DNA from: the human T2T-CHM13v2.0 reference genome, Homo sapiens
Length of the DNA stretch: 64,000 bases
NCBI RefSeq assembly: GCF_009914755.1
Contig: NC_060928.1
Reading direction: 5' to 3' (one strand)
The notes beneath the pieces were generated by a model. It made no database searches. It worked only from the letters and a program-made list of their open reading frames with translations, and had not been told where the DNA came from. Positions 1-11,611 of this stretch are shown here, in pieces (positions within the stretch are counted from its first letter, which is position 1; each line of letters opens with the position of its first letter). A program made the translations under genes and the position numbers.

Positions 1-299
1 TCATAAAAGAGTTGCAAGTTAGACCTATAGATTTGGGATTCTTTCTCATAAAATTTAAAAGAGCATTCAGTTGGCGGTGGGTGGACAGGCAAGAATAAGG
101 AATAAGAATGAAGGATAAATTATTCCATGAAAGGTAGACATTAGAAAGCATGCTTCTAATCATTTGAAAGCTACTTTGGCATAAAAGACCTGAGGCTAGA
201 TTGGAGAGCCCAACTTTGAACTCAAATGCTTCATTTTTTCCTATAGTTTATTGCCTGGGAGTGTTGAGACAAATAAGTTTTAATTTAGGGTTTTATTAA

Positions 300-495
300 G
301 AGCATTACATGCATTTTCTCCTTTAATTATCACAAAGTCCATGAGGCAGGTAGTTTTATTATTCCCATTTTATAGACGAGTAAACAGAGGGAGAGAAAGT
401 TTACAGAGCTTGCCTAAAACATTAAAGTTAGTGAATGGACTATCCGGGATTGCAGTCCATTTATTCTTATTCTTAGGACCTGTCATTTTAAATAC
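300..495 (-). mobile_element. MIR SINE
   Basis: attcccattttatagacgagtaaacagagg resembles the reverse complement of the MIR core (CCTCAGTTTCCTCATCTGTAAAATGGG). Confidence 0.75.
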
Positions 496-1246
496 AAGTG
501 CACCTTCCCATCACTGCCTTTGCTCTTCTGTTTTTCTTCTGGTATTCACTATATTTATGCGTATACCAAGACACAGGAATATGAAAGATATAAGAAAAAA
601 AATCAATGTCACTGAATAAAACGTATTTTGTTATCTTTTTCCTACGGAGAAAAATAAAACATTCAGTTAATCTGTTTTTCTTTTATGTAAAGAACAAAAC
701 CCACAAAACATTGATAACATGTTTTATTTTTGTATTATGAGTAGAAAACCGAATAGGAATAACAATGAAGACAAGGGGCATGAAGAAAAAACATGAAGAG
801 AATTAGAAAAATAGAAGCAAAAAAACCGATTGAGAGAGAAAAAAACCAGACATATGAGGAAATCGGGAAACTAAAATTGATGAAGCTCCTACTATGTATC
901 ACTGCCCGTGGTGGCAGTGTTGATTGGTTTCCGACTTAGGCCAACCTGTGTGTTCCCTGCTTTCATGGCTCATCGCCTAGGATAGAGACAAAAACTGCCA
1001 GATACTAACATTTGCAGATACCCTGACAGTTAGGGCATGGGCATATGCCCTAATATTGACTGGAAAGCCAAGACATACAGAGATATCTGAGATAAAACCA
1101 GCCTTCCTGCTTGGCAGCAATGATGAGGAAGATTGAACCTAGTATTTTGGCAGCCATCTTGCATGACTGTTCAAGTCTAAGGATGAAACAATCTGAAAAG
1201 AACTATGAAAAAACCTCACTTCCTCATGACACTCTGTAGCCACTAA

Positions 1247-1681
<435 letters not shown>

Positions 1682-1728
1682 TAATTAAGTATTCTGTTAG
1701 TTGCAATGGAAGAACTCATTTTCCCTGA

Positions 1729-2032
1729 TTTTTGTTTTTTGTTTTTTGTTTTTGATGCAGTATTGCTCTGTTGCACAGGCTGGAGTGCGGTGGCATGATC
1801 TGGATTCACTGCAGCCTCCACCTCCCAGGTCCAAGCAATCCTCCCACCTCAGCTCTTGAGTAGCTGGAACTACAGGTGTGCACTACCACACCCAATGAGT
1901 ATTTTTGTATTTCTTGTAGAGACGGGGTTTTGCCATGTCACCTAGGCAGGTCTTGAACTCCTGGGCTCAAATGATTCGCCCACCTCGACCTCCCAAAGTG
2001 CTGAGATTACAGGCATGAGCCACCGCACCCGG
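1729..2032 (-). mobile_element. AluJ
   Basis: AluJ-type motifs gcagcctc, cctcccacctcagc and ctgggctcaa. Confidence 0.9.
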
Positions 2033-2059
2033 ATGGAAAGAAATTTTAATGAATACACA

Positions 2060-2195
2060 TATTCATAGCAAATCTACAAGGTAGATATCATCATCACATT
2101 TTATATTTAAGAAAATTCAGGTTCAGCAAGGTTAAGTTTCCAAAGGCATACAGTTAGTAAATGGCTAAACATGGCTATGAACCTCTAACTCAATA
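2060..2195 (-). mobile_element. MIR fragment
   Basis: Degenerate MIR core: aaattcaggttcagcaaggttaag...acagttagtaaatggc. Confidence 0.6.
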
Positions 2196-2922
2196 TCTGT
2201 AGAATTTATATTCATCTTATACAAGGCTGTCATATTAAAAGTGACAAAGATTGAGAGACAGAAATGGAAAGAGGCTCAATGGATTTGAAATAAGGATAGT
2301 TCAAGATGATATGCTTAGGTTGTATGTTTTAGAACCTTAACAGTTATTATTAAATATTGTTTAGCCATTATTCAAAGCTCTGTACCTTAATAATTTTCTA
2401 ATGCTTACTTAAAATAATGCAACAAGTGCAGTTTAGCAGCAGACATTATTCTCTGAGCTTCCTGTTAGTTCGAGAAGTATTACCCAGTCTGTATGAAGTC
2501 AGATGAAGGGAAAGGCCAGAACGTTCTGTAGCAAGTTCTCCACCACTGCTATTAAAATAGCTTCAATAATGTCTTTGACTTGAGCAGCACTTATAATGTC
2601 TAAAATGCTTTCACCTAAATTACCTGTCTTAATGATCACTGAATAACAAAAGTGAAAAAAAAATAAGGCACCAAGAGATTAAACCCCAGGGCTGTGTAGC
2701 AAAGTCAGTGCATACAGGGACACCCAGTAGCCTTTCAATGTGACAAGTATTTTAGAGTTGTACCAAATGTCATGTCCAAAATGGAAAATGTTTTGAATCA
2801 TAATAATCAGTTGAATAAAGGATGGCAAAAAGGAGGAGGAGGAAGAGAAAGAAGTCCAAGACTGATGAAATATAAAAGACAATAAAGAGGAAATAGGCAT
2901 CAAGTAGTCATTGTCTCAGAAA

Positions 2923-3590
2923 TGTGGTCAAAGTTGGTGGTAGGGAAAGGCACTCTAGAAAGATCGTTAAGGTCAGGAGGAGTTGATGAGAGACAAATCT
3001 GAATAGACTTGGAAGCATATTTCCTTTCCTCTTTTGGTAGTTTAGCCAAGACCTGGCTCAGCTGCCATCTGCAAAGAGACGAGGCTTGGGATGATGTCAG
3101 CATCCCTGGCAGGCAAGGTTGTTCCCAGAGCTTTTGGTGGGCAGACCTTGGCCCTTGGTATGCATATTGCTTTGTGCTATTTCTGGACATCCCTTGATAT
3201 CTTTCTTGTTGCCTAGAGAAACTAGATGTTCCAAGTCCCACTTAGGTAATCTATAAATAGGCAACACAGTGTTTGAGGTGGACTCATTCTCACTGGTGAA
3301 AGTGCTCCCCATACTGTGTTCAGCTTTGTCTCAAGCCTGCTGGTCATGGCAAGCTCCTCTCTGCTTGCACCTTGTCCATGGTACATACAATATATCTAAC
3401 CCCAGTTTATGCTATGGAACAGAAAATGTTTAGGGGGTTGCATGCACTCTGCTACTTCCCTGCTTGTAAGTTTTGGCCCAATAAACCCTATGGTATACCT
3501 GCAACATGTGATCCTAGTGTGCATGTCTGTGATCCCTTTGCATGATAGAAATAATGGCAATAATAGATGACACCCTTAATATAACATGAC
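2923..3590 (+). mobile_element. Possible ancient LTR of unassigned family
   Basis: TG...CA-bounded block with AATAAA at about 3480 followed by a GT-rich tract. Family not recognised. Confidence 0.25.
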
Positions 3591-3695
3591 AGAAAAACAG
3601 AAAAATCTGACAGCTAGCAAAATGGTCCACATGAGGCTATTGCCTACACTGACAAGTGAAGATTGATAATTGAGAGAAAGACAACAGAGGATATT

Positions 3696-4087
3696 GTATT
3701 AGTCCATTTTCATGCTGCTGTTAAAGACATACCTGATACTTGGTATGTCTTTTTACAAAGAGACTGGGTATGTCTCTTTTCTTTACAAAAGAAAGAGGTT
3801 TAATGGACTTACAGTTTCACAGGGCTGGAGAGACCTCACAGTCATGGCAGAAGGCAAGGAGGAGCAAGTCACATCTTACGTGGATGGCAGCAGACAAGGA
3901 GAGAGAGAGCTTGTGCAGGGAAACTCTGCCTTATAAAGTCATCAGATCTCATGAGACTTATTCACTATCACAAGAACAGAATGGGAAAGACATACCCCCA
4001 TGATTTAATTACCTCCCACCAGGTCTCTCTCCCAACATGTGGGAATTCAAGATGATATTTGGGTGGGGACACAGCCAAACCATATAA
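3696..4087 (-). mobile_element. THE1B solo LTR (ERVL-MaLR)
   Basis: Runs tgtattagtcc...ggggacacagccaaaccatat, with THE1B-type ggcaaggaggagcaagtcac. Confidence 0.92.
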
Positions 4088-5110
4088 TATATATATATAT
4101 ATCTGATACTGGGAACAGAAAAGATTTAGGGGCTTGCATGCACTCTGCATGTGTATGTGTGTATATATATATATATCTTATATAACTTTAAAAAAACAAT
4201 CCATCTCATGTAACTTCAATTATATAGTCTATGGTAAAATTAATGTCTCTCTATTTTTGTCATAAATTTGAGGAGGTTTATCCTGGTCATTGATAACCCT
4301 CATGAATGAAGAAAAGAAATATTACTTTAATAGGTATCTCACTATTTCTCTGATCTACAAAAAGTCACATGTCAAATTTTTTGTCATCTTTTTGAATTGC
4401 AAGTTTGTTGACAATCTCTAAAGCCCTGATCAGTCCTGTCCTGGTGCAAGAGTGAGCTTCTGCTTAAATAAATTAAGATCAGAGTAACTCATTCTTTCTT
4501 TCCTCAGAGTGACACAGTCACTATCCTCAGGAGGCACACACCCTGGTAGAGAAGACAGACATTAAAAATCAAAACCATCTCTAAAGGCCAGATGTACAAA
4601 CCATTACCATAAAATTATGTGAATAGAACATTTCCTTAATTTGGAACTCAGAGAATGGTGCAGGGTGGTATTTTATTTTCCTCATAGTTTATTCGACATC
4701 ACAAAATCCACCTTAGGTGTGTATTGAGGAGTCTTTTCTTGTTAATTTACTTAATCTTCTTCCTGGGTCTTTAAGCTCTTCGATCTCCCTCAGGATCTTG
4801 GATTGCAGTCAATTATTTCTATACTTTTCCCCTCTAGTTGATCTTTGGGAAGAGTAGGTGGATGCTCATAGGTCCTTCAAGTCTCTCAGGAGGAAACATC
4901 TGAAAGAAAAAGAAAATCTTTCTTCTGTGAACTGCCTCTTGTTGCATAACTCTCTTATCTCTGTTAACAGAATCTTTGTCTTTTTGCTTTTGTATCAGAG
5001 GAAGGAATTATGGTAGGAGAGGAGAGGTATCACTTACCCAATATAAGCAAATATTTCATTACAAATGAAATAAATGTCATGAGGGCAAATACTGCAGAGA
5101 CCTGACCTAG

Positions 5111-5680
5111 TGTAGTGGTTACTTTAGTGTGGTATCCAGTTACTCTTTCAGGATGGCAGCTCTGGTTCTCCCAGTGCTGAGAATGCCGCTTCATTTGGAG
5201 TTGCTATGAGCACTTTGCTACTTCTCCACAGGGGGAGCAAAAGAGGAGTATGATTGGCATTGAGGCAACTCACTTAAGCCGCTCTTGCTACTCTTTCACC
5301 CAATTTTGATAGACAGTGCAACAATCACAGCCTGAGAAGGGCACAGACTCCACAAGGATGAGTATATGTGTCACAACAGACTCCTCACCATGAGATAGCT
5401 TGGGGTGAGGGAATGTCAAATAAACTGTAGAGGAGGGAGGCAATGAATATCAGATGCAATCCTGAGACCTGCTGCAGCAGTAGGGACTATAGTTTGTCAC
5501 TCTTATGAATTTACTCCAGGAAAAGAGGCCCACCAGAACTTGTATATTAACAAGTGGATAAGAGTGGCCCAAGAGGTGGTCTTCAGTGAATGCTTCAGTG
5601 AGCTGTATTCTTACAGCTCAGTGTTTCCTTCTGCCCAATTCTGCTTCCTTACCTTCTCTTATTCTTGGTGAATAAGAATA
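5111..5680 (+). mobile_element. Deleted ERVL remnant: LTR16 5' fragment, ERV3-16A3-like internal 3' end, LTR16 fragment
   Basis: tgtagtggttac... resembles the LTR16 start. gaggagggaggcaatgaatatcag...gctgcagcagtagggactatag...aagtggataagagtggcccaagaggtgg resembles the ERVL internal 3' end and PPT. Confidence 0.55.
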
Positions 5681-5716
5681 AACCAAAAGAAGGGGCTAGA
5701 ATAGTTCAGTCTAAGG

Positions 5717-5922
5717 CAATGGTTCTGAATAGAAGTAATCCTCCCATTCCCCCATGGGAGCATTTGGCAATTTTTGGTTGTTAAAACTAGGGGTTGCTAT
5801 TGGCATTTAGTTGAGTGGAGGCCAGGATTGCTGCTAAACATCTTATGGTGCACAGAACAGCCATCCACGAAAAGGAACTATCCAGGCCAAAGTACCAATA
5901 ATGCTGAGGTCAAGAAACCTTG
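5717..5922 (+). mobile_element. MER20 (hAT-Charlie DNA transposon)
   Basis: Runs caatggttct...gaggccaggattgctgctaaacatc...gaaaccttg. 8-bp TSD gtctaagg/gcctaagg. Confidence 0.9.
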
Positions 5923-5930
5923 GCCTAAGG

Positions 5931-6318
5931 GAATGATAAATGGAGAGGGCTCTGAAGTGGGAAGGAGCCTGGAATAATTTGAGGAATTAGAAGCAGCCAA
6001 CTGTATCTGGAATAGAGTAACTGGGAATGGAGGGCTGGAAAAAAGGTGCAAAGGAGGTAGTGTAAAGGAAGTTGATTTTTATGTTACTGGAAAGCTATTG
6101 AAAGTTTCTATTCTAGTGAACAATATAATCAGATTTATGTTTTTAAGAAATAACTGGTAATGAGTGATGGACTAGAGAGAGGAGAAGAGGGTGTGAAAAT
6201 ATCATGTGAAACATGTTGGTGGCTTGGATTAGCCTGATGGCAGGGGAGATGGAGAAAAGCAGAAGGACTTGAGTGACTTATGAGGAACAAGTAACAAACT
6301 TAATTATAGATTGGAGAG
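5931..6318 (-). mobile_element. L2 LINE fragment
   Basis: Purine-rich L2 antisense motifs: tcagatttatgtttt and ggtggcttggattag...ggagatggagaaaag. Confidence 0.7.
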
Positions 6319-6540
6319 GTAGCATCTTATCACATTTAAGTGCACAGGCTCTGAAGCCAGAGAACGTGGGTTCAAATTCCAACTTTGCCATTTACTAGTT
6401 CTTCAGCTTTGAACAGTTACATTTGTTGTCTTCATGTCCTGGATTTTGACCTATTGCTATGACTATGACATGAGTTAATTATTGTAAAGTGCTTAGGAGT
6501 GCCTAGAACATGGTTTGTGCTATATAAGTCTCTCAAATTA
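6319..6540 (+). mobile_element. MIR
   Basis: ggctctgaagccag...gggttcaaattcc...tgtaaagtgcttag...gcctagaaca. Confidence 0.8.
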
Positions 6541-7099
6541 ATCAAAGAAATCAGGGTGAGAGATGAGACTCTTGTTTTTGTTTTTTTTCTTGGGGCTCAG
6601 AGGGTTTAGCAGGGTCATAAGAGAGCCCTCAGCTACAGAAACATCTGGGAAATTTAGTTGTTAACATGGTCAAAGCTGCTGAGATGTCAAGAAAGATGAG
6701 AGGAGAATTAGACAATAGTTTTTATAAGTAAATCTTGACTATATTCTTAAAAATTGAGGTCTATACTAACAAATTGAGTTACTTTACTGTAAACCAGGAA
6801 CTACTAGCAAATATCACTCCCTAACATTATATTGCAGTGAGTAAAATGTTCCAGGTTTGATTCCTCTTCTTCCCAAGAGGTAATTAAGTGTTGAGCTAAT
6901 ATTAATTCAGTTATCTTTTGCCACTTTGTGACATTAACTATTACTTGTCTGGGTCATCAATCTAAAGAAATTCTACCAATAACATTTTAAGAATTCTATG
7001 AATCTGAAGACAGTTTTAAGTCTCTATGTTAATTATCTTTTTCTTACTAAAAAACAATTGTTTTAATTTTCCCTTTCCTTCAGATGTATAACCACCTTA

Positions 7100-8588
7100 T
7101 GTCACAGGATCCTTGGGGTGTTGCTTTTCCAGCCAGAAGCCTCTGTGGCCAGTGGTATCTTTGCCCAAGTTTTGCTCAGGCCTGCTGGGCTTGTTCTGCT
7201 CACTTGGCCTGGTAGGCTGCACTTGGCTTTTGCTACTGACCTGGATCCCATGTCTGCCAAGGATGAGCCAGGCACAGAGCAATGAGGGGTGTCTGAGCGA
7301 GCAAGAGCAGGGTCCAGCCACTGCACACTGCCAGACACGCCAGCTGCTATGGCTGAATGGGCAGCTCCAGGAACTGGCTTCGTGCAAGCCTGCAGCTGAA
7401 TCTAATGCTCTGCAAGCAGCTTCCACTGTGGGCACCCATGTCTGGACAAGGGGAATGTGGAGGCACCTGGAAGCTTGGAGACACCAGAAACTGCAAAGCC
7501 CCCAAAAGGATGTCAAAACCCTGGCTTGGGAAGCCCCTAGGTCTGGGCTCCTGGAAGAGCCATAGCTCTCCTCTCCTTCTAGTCACCTGCAATATGGTGA
7601 GAGAGGGGGGTGTATTTCAGCCCTGTTTGTATTATAGCTCTTTTAGTCCCCCCAATCAGCAGGTCCCGAGTTCTTGTCCCACTTCCAGGAAGAATGAGGT
7701 ATGCAGACAACTGGAGGGTGAGCAAGATGAAGAGGTGCTTTATTGAGCAACAATACAGCTCTCAGGAGACCTGGAGTGGGTAGTGCCTATCTGCAGGCAG
7801 GTTGTCCCGACATCTCTGTGAGTCTGGCTGGGGCTGGGGTTTTTGTGGGCTTCAGAAGGGAGGAAGTACATGCTGACTGGTCCATGGGCAGCCATGGGTG
7901 GGCCTGTAAAAAGCAACAAAAGTTCTCACTCTAGGCAGTGGACTCCACCCAGAACTGGCAGCCCCAGCCCCTATCCTTCAGGCTGTCCCTGGATTAAAGG
8001 AAAGGTTTCACCAAGGACCCACCCCTTTCTGCTCAGAAACCTGTCTGCCTCCTGCTGCTATCAACATGTAGTCTCTGGAACTTCAGCTGTCCCTGCTGAG
8101 GGGCACCGGCAGGCCCACACCCAGCCATCCCCAGAGCCCCCTTGGCCTCCCTCTCATGCTCATTGGTGCCCAAAGTCCAGAGGGGGTTGAGGTGGCAGGG
8201 AACTAGAATGTCAGTGCCACCCTGAGCACATGCACACCTGGCCGGGTCAAGATAGCACCCTGGCTCAGCCACAACTTTGCTCTGAAATCAGAGTGGGTGG
8301 GTGCCAGGAGCAGGGAGAGGCCAGGCAGCAGGAGCAGACACTTCTGAACCTGAGGGGAAAGGGGGACTTTCTGAGCCTTCACGAGTGCAGGGATGCCAGG
8401 GTCGACAGCCTGGGAGGGTGGGGCTCCTGCACCTCCAACTCAGAAAGGGCAGGGCTCCCACCTGTTCCCAGCTGCTGCATGTTCCCAGCTCCGGTCAGCT
8501 CCATGGAGTGTGCAGCCCCAGCCATACCTCCCCAACTGCAGCTGGCATCTTCACAGGGGCCACTCCACAGGGGCCGCAGTGGCCATCA
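7100..8588 (-). mobile_element. MER52-family ERV1 solo LTR (about 1.5 kb)
   Basis: GC-rich, with tgtcacaggatcc...ggccatca termini and a 4-bp TSD ctta (7096-7099 and 8589-8592). Minus-strand AATAAA at about 7740. Confidence 0.88.
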
Positions 8589-8677
8589 CTTACAGTCTGC
8601 AAAACCAGAGTATAATTGTAATCAGTGTATAATAATTGTTATACTTATATATAAAATATACCTATATATTATAGTTC

Positions 8678-9046
8678 TGTATTAGTCCATTTTCACACTG
8701 CTATAAGGAACTGCCTGAGACTGGGTAATGTATAAAGTAAAAAGGTTTAATTGACTCACGGTTCTGCATGGCTGGGGAGGCCTCAGGAAACTCACAATCA
8801 TGGCAGAAGGGGAAACAGGCATGTCTTAAATGGTGGCAGGCGAGAGAGAGTGTGTGAAAGAGGAACTGTCAAACACTTATAATATCATCAGATCTCATGA
8901 TAACTCACTATCATGAGAACAGCATGGGGAAAACCGCCCCCATGATCCAATCACCTCAAACCAGATCCCTTCCTTGACTCATAGGGATTATGGGGATTAC
9001 AATTCTAGATGAGATTTGGGTGGGGACACGGAGCCAATTCATATCA
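8678..9046 (-). mobile_element. THE1D-like solo LTR
   Basis: tgtattagtcc...catatca termini. TSD agttc/acttc. Confidence 0.9.
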
Positions 9047-9075
9047 ACTTCTAATATATTTTTCGAAGTATAATT

Positions 9076-9198
9076 ATATTAAGTTATACATATATTATGT
9101 ATAAGTTATATATAACATATACATTTTACAAAAATATTAAGTTATACATGTATTATGAATAAGTTATATATAACATCATATGTGATACAAAAATATTT
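9076..9198. repeat. AT-rich tandem duplication (about 58-bp unit, two copies)
   Basis: atattaagttatacat.tattatg.ataagttatatataacat occurs twice. Confidence 0.85.
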
Positions 9199-10482
9199 AC
9201 TGCATTATTTTAACACAGTATGTTTTTAAAAAATTGTGAATCTTTCACCTGGGTGCTTGGAAGTAAATCTAAATGTGCAAAGGAGTCTATCTATGGGACA
9301 TAAAACAAAGATAAATTCGAGGAGCAATCATCCAAAATTATAATGCTAAGTGCTACTTAAGTAGCCTAATTTCACTTGAAATTTCTTAGCACAAACAGCT
9401 AATAATCCTTATGATTTCCAACTGTTTATTTGGAGCATGGTTTTTCAAAGCAAGGTAAAAAATTTACAGGAGCATTGTCTGTAGCAATTTCTTTACTTCA
9501 ACAAACACATTTGGTTGATTGCGTGAACCATGGAAGTTTTGTTTGTTTGTTTGTTTGTTTTTAAAGAAAGCCATAGAGGGCTTGGAAAGCTTGTTTTATG
9601 TACCACAGTCCTAGAATAGAAAGAAAAAAAGCCCAGTGATAAATTTGAAGTGTTAATTGGGTAGAGAAAAATAGAAATTGTTTTGCTTGTATAAGGAGTG
9701 TTAATTCTGGAATTTTGTAAAGTTGCACTAGTGAGAAAAAGAAAATCAGTTTTAATATCGCCTGAGCATAAAGAGGTTCATCATAGCACAGGCCACTCAT
9801 ATGTTGATTTTGCATAGATTTTATTTCTTACAAATGTTTTCATAAATATTATCTTAGTTCTCAAAAGAAACCAATGTTGTGTATACAAGTCATTGTAGTT
9901 ATTTTACAGATGTAGTAACCAAGAATCACATGTGAAATTCACAAAGTTTAGTACATATGTGAATTCATTTGAATTTTAGTCCCTTGACTCCAGGGCCAGA
10001 GCTACTTCACTCCATTCTGATTCTCATTGTGTGTGTTTTCTTCATTTAATTCAAAAAGCTTGAACCTTCTAAATGAAGCCCAGTGACCCGATTAGGTCAC
10101 CACCACCAATTCTCCTTATGTTTTTGGAAACATCTCAGAACTAAATGTACTAATCCAAGGCCAGTTTAAATTCATGTCCTTGTGATTCTATTTTCAGATA
10201 ATTTTTGTTTTCCTAAGTGGCAAAGATATTGTTTACACTTTAATTCATCTTCCAGAAAGAGGTATCTACATTGTATATGGGCAACATTTAGACTGTCATG
10301 CAGTACATGAGGCATGGTGGCAAAATATTTCCTTACCAACTGCATGGATTGAAAAACCTATGTCTCAGACCTGGGCAGGTGACAGACCTGCCACTTATAT
10401 ACAAAAGTCCCAGGAGCGAGATAATGATTATGCAAGACTAAAGTGACTCTTATTTTTAGGGTCGTTTGAAAACCTGTCTACA

Positions 10483-10586
10483 GAGGACAGGGCCATGTCT
10501 CCTTTAACACTGCATGTCTAGGCTAATACAGTGCCTGGGACAAAATGCATGCTTAGTAAATTCTTGTTGAACAAATGAATAAATGG
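10483..10586 (+). mobile_element. L2 3' end
   Basis: acagtgcctgggaca...agtaaattcttgttgaacaaatgaataaatg. Confidence 0.75.
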
Positions 10587-10647
10587 CTTTAATCGGTCTC
10601 AGCAGGCCTCCAACACTCATAAAAGACTGCATAGCCTTTAACATCCA

Positions 10648-10709
10648 ATTCAGCAATCATCCATTCAGCCAGTCAACAAATATGTAATGAGTACCTTTAT
10701 ATGCCATAC
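10648..10709 (-). mobile_element. L2 3' end, continuing after 11611
   Basis: cattcagccagtcaacaaatatgtaatgagtacc...atgcca resumes as gtacgttaggtgcc after the LTR block. Confidence 0.65.
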
Positions 10710-10860
10710 TGATACAGAAAGGCTGGGCTCCTGGCCAAATCTCACCCTTAAGCCTGGAACTGTGGCCCTATGTGAAAATAGCTGATCCTGCTTTTCTGCC
10801 CAAATGTTGCTTTTTTGGCCTACCATGCCCCGATCCTGTGCCCATAAAAAGACTTCAACT
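10710..10860 (+). mobile_element. 5' (U3) fragment of an LTR1/LTR27/LTR28-family ERV1 LTR
   Basis: tgatacagaaaggctgggctcc... is the reverse complement of 11461-11611 at roughly 80% identity by eye. Confidence 0.8.
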
Positions 10861-10934
10861 TGCATCCATGACTGCATGCATCAGCCACTTGTGTTGCTCT
10901 GCCAGCTGAAGTTTTTTTATGGGCACAGGAGAGA

Positions 10935-11611
10935 TGAAACAGGATTGTTCTCTTGACCTTGACCCCCTTCATGGGCAGGAACTGGAGTAGCTCATTTCAC
11001 TCAGCCTGCTGCTGGCCACACCTCACAAGAGGGATTGTGCAAACAAGTGAGGTCAGGAACCAGAGGGAACAAATGCTGAAAGTGGCTGATCACTCTTCTC
11101 TGATGGAAGTAGGGTCTACGTGGGCCCTGCAGCAGCATCCAAGCCCCTACCCTCTAGGAACCTGGGTTCTTCTCTGGCATCCAAGAAGAATCAGGTCACA
11201 TGAACAGATTGAAGGGTAGTGTATGTGAAGGATTTTATTGGGTAACGGATGTGGCTCTCAGCCGAATGGGGAGTTGGAAAGGGGTTGGTGTGAGAAACAG
11301 GTAATCTTGCCCTGAAGCTGCACCATCTGAAGTTAGCCATGTCTATCCATAGTCTCCGATGCTCAGCTGCTTGTTTCCCTAGTGTTCACCAGCTTGTATC
11401 CTCAATGTTAAGCAGTTTGCATCCCCGACCACTTGCATCAGCCACTTGTGTGGCTCTGTCAGCTGCAGTCTTTTTATGGGGGCAGGATAGGGGCGCGGCA
11501 GGCCAAAAGAGCGGCATTTGGGTGGAAAAACAATGTCAGCTGTTTTCACTTAGGGCCGTGGTTCCAGGCTGAAGGGTGGGATTTCGCCAGAAGCCCAGCC
11601 ATTCTGTATTA
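10935..11611 (-). mobile_element. LTR1/LTR27/LTR28-family ERV1 solo LTR
   Basis: tgaaacagga...ttctgtatta termini. Minus-strand AATAAA (tttatt at about 11234) and a CATAAAAAGAC TATA-like box. Confidence 0.8.

Noticed and set aside
7097-8685. Cluster of long overlapping ORFs (up to 151 aa) in a GC-rich island
   Set aside because: All lie within or start within the MER52 LTR, which is bounded by a TSD. GC-rich sequence is stop-poor, no protein homology is recognisable, and CpG is depleted, so it is not a CpG-island promoter.
9076-9198. Repeat-spacer-like (CRISPR-like) pattern
   Set aside because: It has only two AT-rich tandem units, lies in eukaryotic DNA and has no cas genes nearby. It is a simple duplication.
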